Notes: a model not told the origin generated them from the letters alone. A stretch of DNA of 64,000 nucleotides from Acidimicrobiales bacterium (GCA_030448245.1 JAUJNH010000005.1:183308-247307), one strand, 5' to 3'; positions 18,516-27,313 are shown, counted from the stretch's first letter. Program-made: numbers and translations.

Positions 18516-18698
18516 GTGGCCGGCACCAACCTCGAGCTCGGCCTGCACCAGTCTGGCGGTCCTCGGTCCCAGACCGAGGACCGCTTCTTCTCCCGCCAGT
18601 CGGTGGCGATCGACGTCCCGCTCAGCTTCTACCAGCTGGCCGCCCTGTTCCCCTACGACCCCGGTCATCTGACAGGAGCTCGGCATCTTCCTGGGTGA
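18516..18698 (+). CDS. Possible 60-aa ORF downstream of motif copy 2
   Basis: VAGTNLELGLHQSGGPRSQTEDRFFSRQSVAIDVPLSFYQLAALFPYDPGHL... reads protein-like, but it is short and unsupported by any family. Confidence 0.25.
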   Translation: MAGTNLELGLHQSGGPRSQTEDRFFSRQSVAIDVPLSFYQLAALFPYDPGHLTGARHLPG

Positions 18699-18723
18699 AC
18701 AGCTCCCTGGCGCGTCCGGGAGA

Positions 18724-19287
18724 TCAGGGGGTGCGGGGCGTGAACGAGACGGTGACCCGGCGGTTCTTCGCCCGACCCACCGGGTCGTCCTCCCCGCCGC
18801 TCGACGTTCGGGGCCACCGGTTCCCGGGCGGCTCGGCCCTCGGTGGCGATCTGGGTGCCGGGCGGCAGGCTCGCCCGGGGGTAGCACCGCCCCGGCGGCC
18901 TGGGCCCGCTGGTTCGACAGGACGGCATTGGACGCGCCGTCACCGATCGAGTCGGTGTGCCCGACGACCGTCACCGGTTGGGTCGTGCCGCCGATCCGGC
19001 CCGCCAGCTCCTTGAGTTTGGCCGTGGCCTCACTTGTGAGCGTTGCGCTGGCGAAGTCGAACAGCACGTCCGAGCTGATGGTCACGACCGTCTGCTCGCC
19101 CTTCTTGGCCTCAGTGCGAAGCACGGTGACACTGTTCCGGGTCTCATAGACCGTCACCGATCCACGGGGGTCGTAGATGGTGACCGAGGCCGCCAGCTCG
19201 CTGGTGGAGGGCTCCCGGTGGAGGGCCTGGGCCGGCACGGCGAACGGGACAGCCAGGAGCGACACGACGGCGAGGACGAGGCTCACC
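18724..19287 (-). pseudogene. OmpA-family peptidoglycan-binding protein with signal peptide, broken by two frameshifts (about 18873 and 18796)
   Basis: VSLVLAVVSLLAVPFAVPAQA...ISSDVLFDFASATLTSEATAKLKELA...VTVVGHTDSIGDGASNAVLSNQRAQA. The domain continues in frame 2 (IATEGRAAREPVAPN) and frame 3 (EDDPVGRAKNRRVTVSF). Confidence 0.7.
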
Positions 19288-19879
19288 GCTGGATCGTCGA
19301 CACCGCCTTGAAGGCGGGCCACCAGTCGGAGGCGTGGACGTCGACGGTGGTGATGGGGTCCTCGGGGGCCGCGAAGACGGCGAACGCGCTCATTGACGTG
19401 CCGTTGACCGTCCTCGTGTCGACGGAGTCGGAGGCAAAGCGCGACCCGCTCCCCTTGACGACGTCGTAGCGCTTCAGGTTGCCCAGGTCCAGCAGGTAGG
19501 GATTGAAGCCGCTCCCCTCGTAGATGTCGAAGATCTGGATGGTTTCGGCCGCCGGCTTGGACTTGAACCGCGGGGTCAGCACCAGCTGCAGCGTGGCGAT
19601 CTTGCCCGACACCGTCAGGGAGACCAGGCCAACCTCGACGGTGTCCTCCGGCTTCTTCCGCAGCTTGAAGGTTTGGCGGGCCACGACCTTGTCCGGGTCG
19701 ACCGTAGCCACCTGCGAGGGGGCAGCGGACCCGCCGGCGCCCTTCGCCGCCTTCTCCGTGACCGGCGTGGGCCCCGTCGCCGACCCCTCCTTCTCGCCGG
19801 AGCACCCGCCGAGCAGAGCGATCGACAGCGCAATGGTGGACGCCAGCGAGGCTCTATGGGATCGGTGAGATCGTTTCAC
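19283..19879 (-). CDS. Lipoprotein, function unknown
   Basis: GAGGAGA SD and GTG start. Lipobox IALLGGCSG. 198 aa, with its stop overlapping the OmpA-like start. Confidence 0.7.
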   Translation of the reverse strand: MKRSHRSHRASLASTIALSIALLGGCSGEKEGSATGPTPVTEKAAKGAGGSAAPSQVATVDPDKVVARQTFKLRKKPEDTVEVGLVSLTVSGKIATLQLVLTPRFKSKPAAETIQIFDIYEGSGFNPYLLDLGNLKRYDVVKGSGSRFASDSVDTRTVNGTSMSAFAVFAAPEDPITTVDVHASDWWPAFKAVSTIQR

Positions 19880-20191
19880 ACTGGCGTCTCCTCGTCGGCG
19901 GACCTGCCGACCCTACTTGTCGGCAGCTTCGCAGCCGCTCCAGTCGGCGCCTCGCCAGCGGCAACGTTGGCCAGATGGGGGCTCCTGGTCGTATGCGGTT
20001 TCCGCTCTGGGCGACTGCCCACTTCGCCCGGCCTCCCGGGCCACAAGTGGGCCATGGTGGCGTCGCGTCAGCCAGCGGCGCGGATCTCGGGGTTGGCGGC
20101 GAAGCTGGCAGCGGTGGCGGGGCCGGCAGCCCAGCGTAGTCGGTAATCTTCGGCTGCCCCTTCGAGGCGGTCGCCGAACACGACTCGAGAA

Positions 20192-20226
20192 CGCCCGACT
20201 TCGGCACGAGGTGAGCGCTCGGTAAC
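20192..20226 (+). promoter_or_regulatory. Island motif copy 3
   Basis: CGCCCGACTTCGGCACgaggtgagcgctcggTAAC. Lies 150 nt upstream of 20376. Confidence 0.45.
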
Positions 20227-20375
20227 TCCGCTCGACCACTCGGTCGACCGCGCTCAAGTGCTCTGCGGTGTGAGAGCGACGCTGACCGTCTGGGAGGGCC
20301 GTCGGCGACTTCCTCGCCGCAGCTAGGATCAGGACGCTGTCGACCTGGAGTGGATGTGTCTGCAAGGCAGGGCAT

Positions 20376-20866
20376 GTGATGGCGGCGGTTCGGACGAATC
20401 TGCTGGCCTTGAGGCCTTCACGAAAGGCGCCTCGAGCAGGCGACGTATTCGCCATGCAGCTGCCCGATGAGCGGTTCTTGTTCGGACGGGTCGTGAGCAC
20501 CGAAGCCATGGCGGGACCGTCGATGCCGGGAGCGATCCTGATCTACGTGTGTCGGCCCCGGTTCGACTCGATGACGGCGCCGGACCGCTCCGAGCTCTCA
20601 CGACGAAGTTGCTCGTACCGCCCATGATGACGAACAAGCTGCCTTGGTCGAAGGGCTACTTCCAGACCGTCGACCACTGGCCGCTGGAACCAGGCGACCT
20701 GCTCCGTCAGCACTGCTTCCTCAGTGGAGCACGGGCGCGCTACTTCGACGAAGCGGGCAACGAACTACCGGGTCCGGTCGAGCCGGTCGGTGATTACGGG
20801 CTTCACAGCTTTCGGACCATCGACGATGCCGTGAGCGACGCGCTAGGAATCGACCGCGCGCCATGA
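20376..20866 (+). pseudogene. Imm26-like polymorphic-toxin immunity protein, frameshifted near 20597
   Basis: RAGDVFAMQLPDERFLFGRVVS...GAILIYVCRPRFDSM... continues in another frame as LLVPPMMTNKLPWSKGYFQTVDHWPLEP...YFDEAGNEL. The family assignment is from memory of the Imm26 pattern. Confidence 0.5.
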
Positions 20867-21051
20867 CGAGCCCCGCTATGCCGCGGGCACCGAGTAACCA
20901 GCACCGCATCGCCACTAGCACGGCGGAGCAGGGCCCATCGTCGGGATTTCGTTCGTCCTGGGTGCCCGCGACCCCCTACCCCTGAGGCGCCAACGGACCG
21001 AAGGGGTCGAAGGGTCGGCGCCTCCACCTGGCCCTCGGGTCGCCTCGCGAA

Positions 21052-21086
21052 CGTCCCACTTCGGCACCTCCGGCGCGCTGCATAAC
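21052..21086 (+). promoter_or_regulatory. Island motif copy 4
   Basis: CGTCCCACTTCGGCACctccggcgcgctgcaTAAC. Lies 32 nt upstream of GTG 21118. Confidence 0.45.
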
Positions 21087-21117
21087 AGCTGCCCGGGGTG
21101 CACGCCAGACTCGGCTG

Positions 21118-21720
21118 GTGGACGTCGACCAGCACGCAGTCCTCCAAGCGGCACTCGAGCGCGCCAAGGCACTCGCCTCGTCGGATGAGGAGGCCCTTCG
21201 TGACCTGCATGCGCCGAGCCTTCGTTGGACGACCCACACGGGCCAGGTCCTTGATCGGGAGAGCTACATAGCCGGCAACGTCGGCGACTCGCTGATCTGG
21301 CGGAGCCAGATCCTCGAGGACGTCCACATCCAGGTGTACGGCGACTTTGGAGTCTTGACGGGAGTGGTCGTCGACGAAGTCGAGCGAGATGGGCGAGCGT
21401 CGACCTTCAGGCTGCGGCTGACGCAGGTCTGGGCCCGAGATCGTGGCGGCACGTGGCGATGCGTGGCCGGGCATGCCGGACCGAAGCTCGGACGACGACG
21501 TGCCGTCGGAGCGTCGTTTCAGCGTCGGCAGGTCGGGGCGACCCGCCCGGATTTGCGAGAGCGACGTCTTAGGCCGCGCCTTCCCGAGCGTGGCACCCAG
21601 TCGGCGCGCCCGCCCGGGAACGGCACCAGTCGGGCGCCCGGTAAACGCAGCCCTACGGGCCCTTGGATGGGCTGGAGCCCTTGCTTGTCAGCTGCGGACA
21701 GGGCTGCGTCGCAGCGTTGA
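21118..21720 (+). CDS. NTF2-like / DUF4440 (SnoaL-like fold) protein; the last 75 or so codons look like a non-coding read-through
   Basis: VDVDQHAVLQAALERAKALASSDEEALRDLHAPSLRWTTHTGQVLDRESYIAGN...FRLRLTQVWARDRGGTWRCVAGHAG. The arginine-rich tail after this is implausible as protein. Confidence 0.6.
   Translation: MDVDQHAVLQAALERAKALASSDEEALRDLHAPSLRWTTHTGQVLDRESYIAGNVGDSLIWRSQILEDVHIQVYGDFGVLTGVVVDEVERDGRASTFRLRLTQVWARDRGGTWRCVAGHAGPKLGRRRAVGASFQRRQVGATRPDLRERRLRPRLPERGTQSARPPGNGTSRAPGKRSPTGPWMGWSPCLSAADRAASQR
21611..21645 (+). promoter_or_regulatory. Island motif copy 7 (variant: AACGGCAC ... TAAA)
   Basis: CGCCCGGGAACGGCACcagtcgggcgcccggTAAA. No obvious plus-strand gene follows; it faces the 3' end of the minus-strand phosphoesterase. 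Confidence 0.3.
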
Positions 21721-21761
21721 CCGGCCGGCGCTCGGTGAGGTCGATCGCTCAACGGACCTCG

Positions 21762-23181
21762 TCAGCGGGTGATGACGATAGGCATGTCGGCCGTGCCACC
21801 CCCGACAGCAGCGGCTTCGACGGGGACCGGCCGGCCGGCGGCGTCGAGACGGACGACGGGCAGGATGGAGATGCGGTCGGCGTCGACTTCAAGGAGCAGC
21901 AGGTGCGGCTCAGCCGCCCAACTCCGGAGGCCGGCGGCATCGACTCCATCGGGCTCCCCGGCCGCAACTTCCCCCGGCGCCCGACACGAGGTAGTGGATG
22001 CCGTCGTTGACCGCGTGCTGGAAGTTGTGCTCGTGCCCGGAGAGCACCACCCGCACGCCCCCGCCCTGGTAGCGCGGTACGAGTGAGCGGATCTGGGCCT
22101 CGTCGTTGTGGTGCTTCGGGCCCGCACAGTACGGCGGGTGGTGGCCGAAGGGGATCAACCAGCGGCTGCGGTCGGCGCGGGTGAGGTCGAAGGCCTCGTT
22201 GAGGAACGGCTGGTGCTCTGGGTCGTCGAAGTAGCGGTCTACCTCGAAGGCGCTGGCTTCGGAGGTGTCTATGCAGAGGAGCTCGACCAGGCGCCCGAAC
22301 GACACCCGGTAGAACAGCCCGGGAAGCTCTTTGCCCTCGATCTCCACGATGTCCCGGTCCTCCTCGACCGAGGGGTTGAAGCGCAGGTCGGTGAAGTGGT
22401 TGTCGGCGAGTTGGCCCCGGTCGTCGCTGTGCTCGGTCTCTGCCACGTCGTGATTGCCGACACAGGGGTATACCGGAACCTTACGGCTTAACACGAACCG
22501 GTAGGGCTCGTAGTAGCTGAAGTACCAGTCGTCATCCTCACGACCACTGCCGCCGGCGCTGTCGTCGCCGTGATAGATGTTGTCGCCCAGGGTCACGACG
22601 AAGTCAATGCCCGGGTCCTCTACGAGGTGCTCGAGGACCGGCGCGATATGGCGCTGGTGGCGGCCGGCGTCGTCCCCGGTCTGGATTCCGATGCCGTAGT
22701 CGCCGAACGCAGCAAAGCGGGCCGTGGTGGCGGCCCCTGGTTCGGGGAACGTGCGGAACCGGCAGTCGTAGGTTCGACCAGCCGGGCGGAGCTCGCCCCG
22801 GTCGCCGTCGATCGGCTGCCAACGCATGCAGCTGTCGGGCACCCACGGACGGCCGTCGACGGTGATCTCGTAGCGGTACTCGGTGTCGGAGTGGAGGCCC
22901 GTGACCCAGACGTGGTTGGTCTCGCTCGTTCGCGCCTCGCCGGCGAGGCGACCATCGCCGTCGAAGACCTGTACCCGCGCGTCGCCATAGGGCTCGGAGC
23001 GGGCGCCGATGCTCTCGGTGCGCCCCGGGTCGACCTCGTGGAGCTCCTCGTCGTCGACGGTCCGCCAGCCCCGCCCGTCGGGGAAAGGGCGGAACCAGAA
23101 GCCACCCCAGGCGATGAGCACCTGGTCGTCGTCCAGATCGGCAAGGTGCACGAAGGGCTCGAAGTGCAGGCCGTCCTCCAT
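21762..23181 (-). pseudogene. Purple-acid-phosphatase-like metallophosphoesterase, single frameshift at a C5/G5 run (21971-21975)
   Basis: FAAFGDYG...VTLGDNIY...CVGNHD...SGHEHNFQH...HYLVSGAGG. The C-terminus continues in another frame (EVAAGEPDG...EPHLLLLEVDADRISILPV). A homopolymer sequencing error could explain it. Confidence 0.75.
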
Positions 23182-23319
23182 GAGCCCATCCTGGCAGGCA
23201 CAGAAGGGACCCGCATCGAGGCGTCCGGGCCGCGCCGTTACCCTATGCGGCGCCTTGAGAGCGGGCCCGGCTCACCGCGCCGAGGGGCCTGTTGAGGCTC
23301 AGCCGGCCCGTGGCAGAAA

Positions 23320-23354
23320 CGCCCCACTTCGGCACCACCTTCGCGCTCGGTAAC
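23320..23354 (+). promoter_or_regulatory. Island motif copy 5
   Basis: CGCCCCACTTCGGCACcaccttcgcgctcggTAAC. Lies 159 nt upstream of ATG 23513. Confidence 0.45.
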
Positions 23355-23512
23355 GTCGGCCGGCCAGACGTTGACCTGACCTACTTCATCCGCCCGGACG
23401 ACGTAGTGGCGGAGTTGGAAGACCGCCTGAGACCCTTTGGTCGGTGGCGCCCCCACGGGCCCACGCTCAAGGGTGCTGCTTGCGCCTTCACCGGGGCGGG
23501 TACGTCTCCGAA

Positions 23513-23815
23513 ATGGGCAGCCCCACACCTGACGGCCGGCCGTGGTGGCGCCGGCCCGAGGGGATGCCTGCGTGGATGCAGCGTCGAGCGGATGCCGCCC
23601 GCAATCGTGACCTTACGCGGGGGAGGATTCTCTTCCTCCGCTTGTACGTACTAACTGTTCTCTGCGCTTTTGGCATCGCAGTAGTCTTACGCTCCTGGGC
23701 GCTTGCGCTCGTTTTCTATCGAGCCCGTTCACGACGATTGCTATGTGGCCCGCTGAGACACGCAAAGCCGTCCTCAGGGGACTCCTTCATGGGAGCGAGA
23801 GGCACGCGAGGATAA
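23513..23815 (+). CDS. Small membrane protein with RPWW motif (paralog of 17983-18285)
   Basis: MGSPTPDGRPWWRRPEGMPAW...RILFLRLYVLTVLCAFGIAVVLRSWALALVFY. RPWWrrPeGmP versus RPWWlePtGlP in the other copy. Locally AT-richer. Confidence 0.4.
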   Translation: MGSPTPDGRPWWRRPEGMPAWMQRRADAARNRDLTRGRILFLRLYVLTVLCAFGIAVVLRSWALALVFYRARSRRLLCGPLRHAKPSSGDSFMGARGTRG

Positions 23816-24187
23816 CGGACTGAAGTCCTGACGCCACGCCGAGACGTTCCAGGTTCTCCACCGACCCCGAGCTCGACGCTAAGGCTCCGCGAGTTGGACG
23901 TGGTTGCAGGTGCGCCCTGCGGAAGGCATCGGGGTCAACCCCCATGGCTTGTCCCTTCCGGATAGGATACACGGGTGAGGGCTCGGCCTCTACATGTTGC
24001 GCGCCGTCGACGCCGGCTAGCGGCGCAGCCCGGCACCTACTCGTCAGAGGAAGGGCTGCCTGGTCGGCCGCCGCGCCGAAGCGGATTGACCCGACCGGAT
24101 CAGCGGCGTGTCCCGCAACTCGTACCAACCACGTCTCTGCTATAACGCCGTCGTCCCTGTTCGGCTTGGCTCGATCGCCTTGGAAGG

Positions 24188-24221
24188 CGCCCGGGCTCGG
24201 CACCTGTCGAGCGCTCGTAAC
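24188..24221 (+). promoter_or_regulatory. Island motif copy 6 (spacer 14)
   Basis: CGCCCGGGCTCGGCACctgtcgagcgctcgTAAC. Lies 191 nt upstream of ATG 24412. Confidence 0.4.
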
Positions 24222-24411
24222 GCGTCGACCGTCAGGCCCCGCCGTGGCGCCTTGAAGGCGCGTCGACGTGCGCTGCAGCCCGACATGCCGAGCCTTCGCG
24301 GCCTCCCCGATCGGCAGATCGGTGACGGTGCCGAGGAAGCGGTGGAGGAGCGACGAGGGGGCTCGAGCAGCTCGATGTTCACAGCGCTTGGCCTTGCTGC
24401 ATACTGCGGGG

Positions 24412-24627
24412 ATGGCCGAGGAAGTGGAACTCATCAGCGACGGCGAAGGGCTGGCGGTGGTTGGGAGCCCGACGGCTGTCGAACGCTTCATGGAGTCAGC
24501 GGGTCTGTCGTTGAACGCTGGATCCACTCATCGCCGCCGCCTCGGTCCAGCGCGACGAGGTTGCCGAGAGTTCTTCCTGAGACCACTTGTCGCGATCGGC
24601 GTCGTGGAGGGGCCGTATAGAGGGTGA
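24412..24627 (+). CDS. Possible small ORF downstream of motif copy 6
   Basis: MAEEVELISDGEGLAVVGSPTAVERFMESAGLSL... The N-terminus reads protein-like, the remainder is arginine-rich and doubtful. Confidence 0.3.
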   Translation: MAEEVELISDGEGLAVVGSPTAVERFMESAGLSLNAGSTHRRRLGPARRGCREFFLRPLVAIGVVEGPYRG

Positions 24628-24653
24628 AGTCACCATCCGGACGAGGAGGACCC

Positions 24654-24926
24654 ATGACGGACACCACGAGAACCCCTGCCCCTGGCGGCGGCCGGCCGTA
24701 TCCGCCGGATGCCTCTCTCGCCGGCCTCCCGCTGATGCTCACCGTCGACGAGGCCGCCGGTCTCCTTCGGATCAGTCGAACCAGCGCCTACAAGCTCGCC
24801 CACGAGTGGCGGTGCACGGCCGGCGCCACCGGCCTGCCGACAGTTCGCCTGGGCAGCCGGATCATGGTGCGCCGTGTCGACCTGGCCGTCATCGTCGGCC
24901 TCAGCCGGCCGAATGATCTCTCGTGA
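24654..24926 (+). CDS. xis: Excisionase-type helix-turn-helix DNA-binding protein
   Basis: GAGGAGGA SD. LTVDEAAGLLRISRTSAYKLAHE...LPTVRLGSRIMVRRVDL is the typical Xis/MerR-like HTH_17 pattern. A TATAGA -10-like box lies at 24616-24621. Confidence 0.7.
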   Translation: MTDTTRTPAPGGGRPYPPDASLAGLPLMLTVDEAAGLLRISRTSAYKLAHEWRCTAGATGLPTVRLGSRIMVRRVDLAVIVGLSRPNDLS

Positions 24927-25091
24927 TGACATTGTCCACAGACCAGGGTTGCGAGCTCGCCAGAGGTCAGCGGTCCGGCCGGAGCTCGTGAAGGCGACGC
25001 AGTGCCACCGGTGGGACGTGACTCGGCTTCACCGAGACGATGGTGCCCAACCCAGCAAACTGTGGGTGGTTCCGTACTACGATTGCCCTGT

Positions 25092-25332
25092 GTGGATTTC
25101 CGTCCTTCGGCGTTCAAACACGGCGTCCAGGTCGAGGACATCGAGCACTCAGTACGATCCGATGGTGATCGAGGAGCTAGACGAAAACCTCCGCCTCTAC
25201 CTGGGCCCGAGCCGCAGCGGGGCCCTCCTCGAGGTGGTCGTCGTCGTCCGCGGTGAGGCTCAGCCGGAGCTGGCTATCCACGCCATGACTGCTCGACAGA
25301 AGTATCGACGGCTGCTACCGGGAGGAGACTGA
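25092..25332 (+). pseudogene. Small toxin-like protein (FKHG...IHAM family, unnamed), frameshifted near 25150
   Basis: VDFRPSAFKHGVQVEDIEHS continues in another frame as YDPMVIEELDENLRLYLGPSRSGALLEVVVVVRGEAQPELAIHAMTARQKYRRLL. It is immediately followed by an RHH gene. Confidence 0.5.
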
Positions 25333-25335
25333 GCG

Positions 25336-25614
25336 ATGCCCAGCAAGGACCATGGACGGACTCGCAGCGGTCAGCCGGTCACCGAGGAGCTTCTGGAGAC
25401 CTGGGTCGCCAAGGCTGAAGAGGGCTTTGATGTCGACGAGATCATCCGTCGCCGAGGTGGACGGCCGCTCATGGGCTCGTCCGCGGCCACGGTCGAGTCG
25501 GTGCGGCTTGATCCTGAGCTGAGCGAGGCTCTGCACCAGCGGGCCGAGGACGAGGGGCGCACGACCTCGGATCTGCTCCGGGATGCCCTCCGCCGCTACC
25601 TCCAAGCCAGTTAG
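25336..25614 (+). CDS. Ribbon-helix-helix (CopG-like) antitoxin
   Basis: C-terminal VRLDPELSEALHQRAEDEGRTTSDLLRDALRRYL. Lies 3 nt after the toxin-like ORF. Confidence 0.75.
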   Translation: MPSKDHGRTRSGQPVTEELLETWVAKAEEGFDVDEIIRRRGGRPLMGSSAATVESVRLDPELSEALHQRAEDEGRTTSDLLRDALRRYLQAS

Positions 25615-25958
25615 AGCGGGCCCGGGCGGTGGCAGACGATGGTCAGGCCTCCTTCACCGCCTAGGGCATCGTGGAGTCTCCACGTCCCCTACGGGCGCCG
25701 ACCAGGTGCGACCGCTGTATCGAGGAGGAGAGTCAAATCAGGACGGCTTCAGTGGTCATGCCGCTCATGATGCGGACCTCGACCGCAGATGTTCAGTGGC
25801 TGGGCAAACTCTCGATGTACCAGGGGAGATGTCGCTAGAAGCCGCTGGGAGAAGGGAGAGGGCTGGCTGCTGATCCGTGCCTCCCTCACCCCCAGCGGCG
25901 ACCGTGTGGACTCTCCGGTATACGTCAGAATGGCGCATGCCCACGCCGCGGTCCGGGT

Positions 25959-26567
25959 ATGCACGCGGGGCACATGACCACACGGCGAACGGAGGACCAG
26001 ATGGATCCGTACTGCACGAGTCGCACGGTTGGCGAGACCAACAGGCAACGGCAGCTGGCCGGCGCAGGGTTGATCGCGCTCACGGCAGTTGCCTGTGCCG
26101 TCACCACCTTGGCGGGGTGGCCTCTGTACCAGACCCTGTTCGTGCTCGGCGCCGGTGCCACGCTCGCGTGGCTGGCAGACGGCAGCAGCCGGCGGTTCAT
26201 GGGGCCGGGCCTCGCCGCGGTGGCGATTGGCGGTGGGATCACCGCCTACAGGGCTCTTGAGATGGAGGCCGGGAAGGGCGAGCACACGATCGTCTACCCG
26301 GCCTTGGGCGTAGCGCTGCTCATCGCCTCGCTGTTCAACCCGATGGCCATCCGGGGGGCTGGCACCTTCCTCGTCGTCGTCGGCTCCGTCGCGCTGGTCG
26401 ACACCCCGTGGAACCCCGGCTGGAGCTTGGTCGGGCTGCTTCTCATCTGGAGCGCCATTGCCTTTGGCGTCATCTCGCGTGGCCAGGACGACGCCACCCA
26501 CGACGGCCGCAGCCAGCCTGCGACCGAGCGCGGTACGCGTGAACCCGTCCAGGCGGGCAGCCGATAG
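25959..26567 (+). CDS. Polytopic membrane protein, unknown function
   Basis: About 5 hydrophobic segments (GLIALTAVACAVTTLAGWPLY, LFVLGAGATLAWL, AAVAIGGGITAY, VYPALGVALLIASLF, FLVVVGSVALV, LVGLLLIWSAIAFGVI). The start is uncertain. Confidence 0.5.
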   Translation: MHAGHMTTRRTEDQMDPYCTSRTVGETNRQRQLAGAGLIALTAVACAVTTLAGWPLYQTLFVLGAGATLAWLADGSSRRFMGPGLAAVAIGGGITAYRALEMEAGKGEHTIVYPALGVALLIASLFNPMAIRGAGTFLVVVGSVALVDTPWNPGWSLVGLLLIWSAIAFGVISRGQDDATHDGRSQPATERGTREPVQAGSR

Positions 26568-26732
26568 GCACGAGCTGCCAAGCCGCTCCTCGCCACCGGC
26601 GACGTTTGACCGCCGGTGGTGAGGCTTCGGCTCCCTAGCAAGTTCCCCCCCATCGCCGCCAGCGATGGGGGCGTGCCGCGGGTGGCTACCTACTCGACGG
26701 TGAACTCGGCGAACATGCCCTCGGCGATGCGC

Positions 26733-26761
26733 CTGTCATTTCGCGATGGCATGACTAGGAT
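26733..26761 (+). promoter_or_regulatory. Sigma-70-like promoter giving a leaderless yefM transcript
   Basis: CTGTCA-N17-TAGGAT, followed by 7 nt and then ATG 26769. This is the actinobacterial leaderless-mRNA geometry. Confidence 0.4.
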
Positions 26762-26768
26762 TCTGGTC

Positions 26769-27041
26769 ATGCCAGAGACATTGCCGCTTGCGGAGATCAA
26801 AGCCCACCTCTCGGAGATCGTGGATCGGGTCGAGCGAGAGCACGAGCGGGTTGTCCTGACCCGCAATGGCCGTCCGGCGGCCGTGATCATGAGCCCCGCT
26901 GATCTGGAAGCCCTCGAGGACACCCTCGACCTGTTGTCCGATCCGCGAGCGCTGAAGGAGATCAAGGCGGCACGTGACGACCTCGCCAAGGGCCGAGTGG
27001 TCACCGCCGACGAGCTGCGCGCCAAGTACATGCAGAGGTGA
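26769..27041 (+). CDS. yefM: Phd/YefM family antitoxin
   Basis: MPETLPLAEIKAHLSEIVDRVEREHERVVLTRNGRPAAVIMSPADLEALEDTLDLLSDP. Confidence 0.85.
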   Translation: MPETLPLAEIKAHLSEIVDRVEREHERVVLTRNGRPAAVIMSPADLEALEDTLDLLSDPRALKEIKAARDDLAKGRVVTADELRAKYMQR

Positions 27042-27313
27042 CGGCGCCGAAATACCGGCTGGTCCTTGCGGCGACCGCTGAACGCTCCCTCGCTCGGCTG
27101 CCTGAGGGCGTGGCTGCTGCGATCGTCGAGTTCATGCTCGGAGCCCTCGTCGATGCACCTCGCCGCGTCGGTCACCCCCTGCAACGAGAGCTCGCTGGCC
27201 TATGGTCAGCCCGCCGCGGGCCCTACTGGGTCGTGTACGACATCGAGGACGACCGACCCGCAGTGATGGTCGTCCGAATCGACCATCGCGCGGACGTCTA
27301 CCGCCACCGCTGA
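27038..27313 (+). CDS. relE: RelE/ParE family toxin
   Basis: GTGA overlap with yefM. Sequence YRLVLAATAERSLARLPEGVAAAIVEFMLGAL.D.P.RVG.PL..EL.GLWSARRG.YWVVYDIEDD...V.VVRIDHR.DVY. Confidence 0.85.
   Translation: MTAPKYRLVLAATAERSLARLPEGVAAAIVEFMLGALVDAPRRVGHPLQRELAGLWSARRGPYWVVYDIEDDRPAVMVVRIDHRADVYRHR

Noticed and set aside
17865-24221. Reading the island motif as a sigma-54 promoter (GGCAC) or as integron attC core sites (..TAAC / GTTA..)
   Set aside because: Sigma-54 requires TGGCAC-N5-TTGC spacing, and sigma-54 is not expected in this lineage. attC sites need RYYYAAC...GTTRRRY inverted pairs with a bulged hairpin, and no integron integrase is present. The 15-nt fixed spacer fits neither.
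23787-24527. 246-aa minus-strand ORF in the 23.8-24.5 kb gap
   Set aside because: It has no motif and odd composition, and it spans motif copy 6 and the plus-strand small ORF. It was treated as non-coding.
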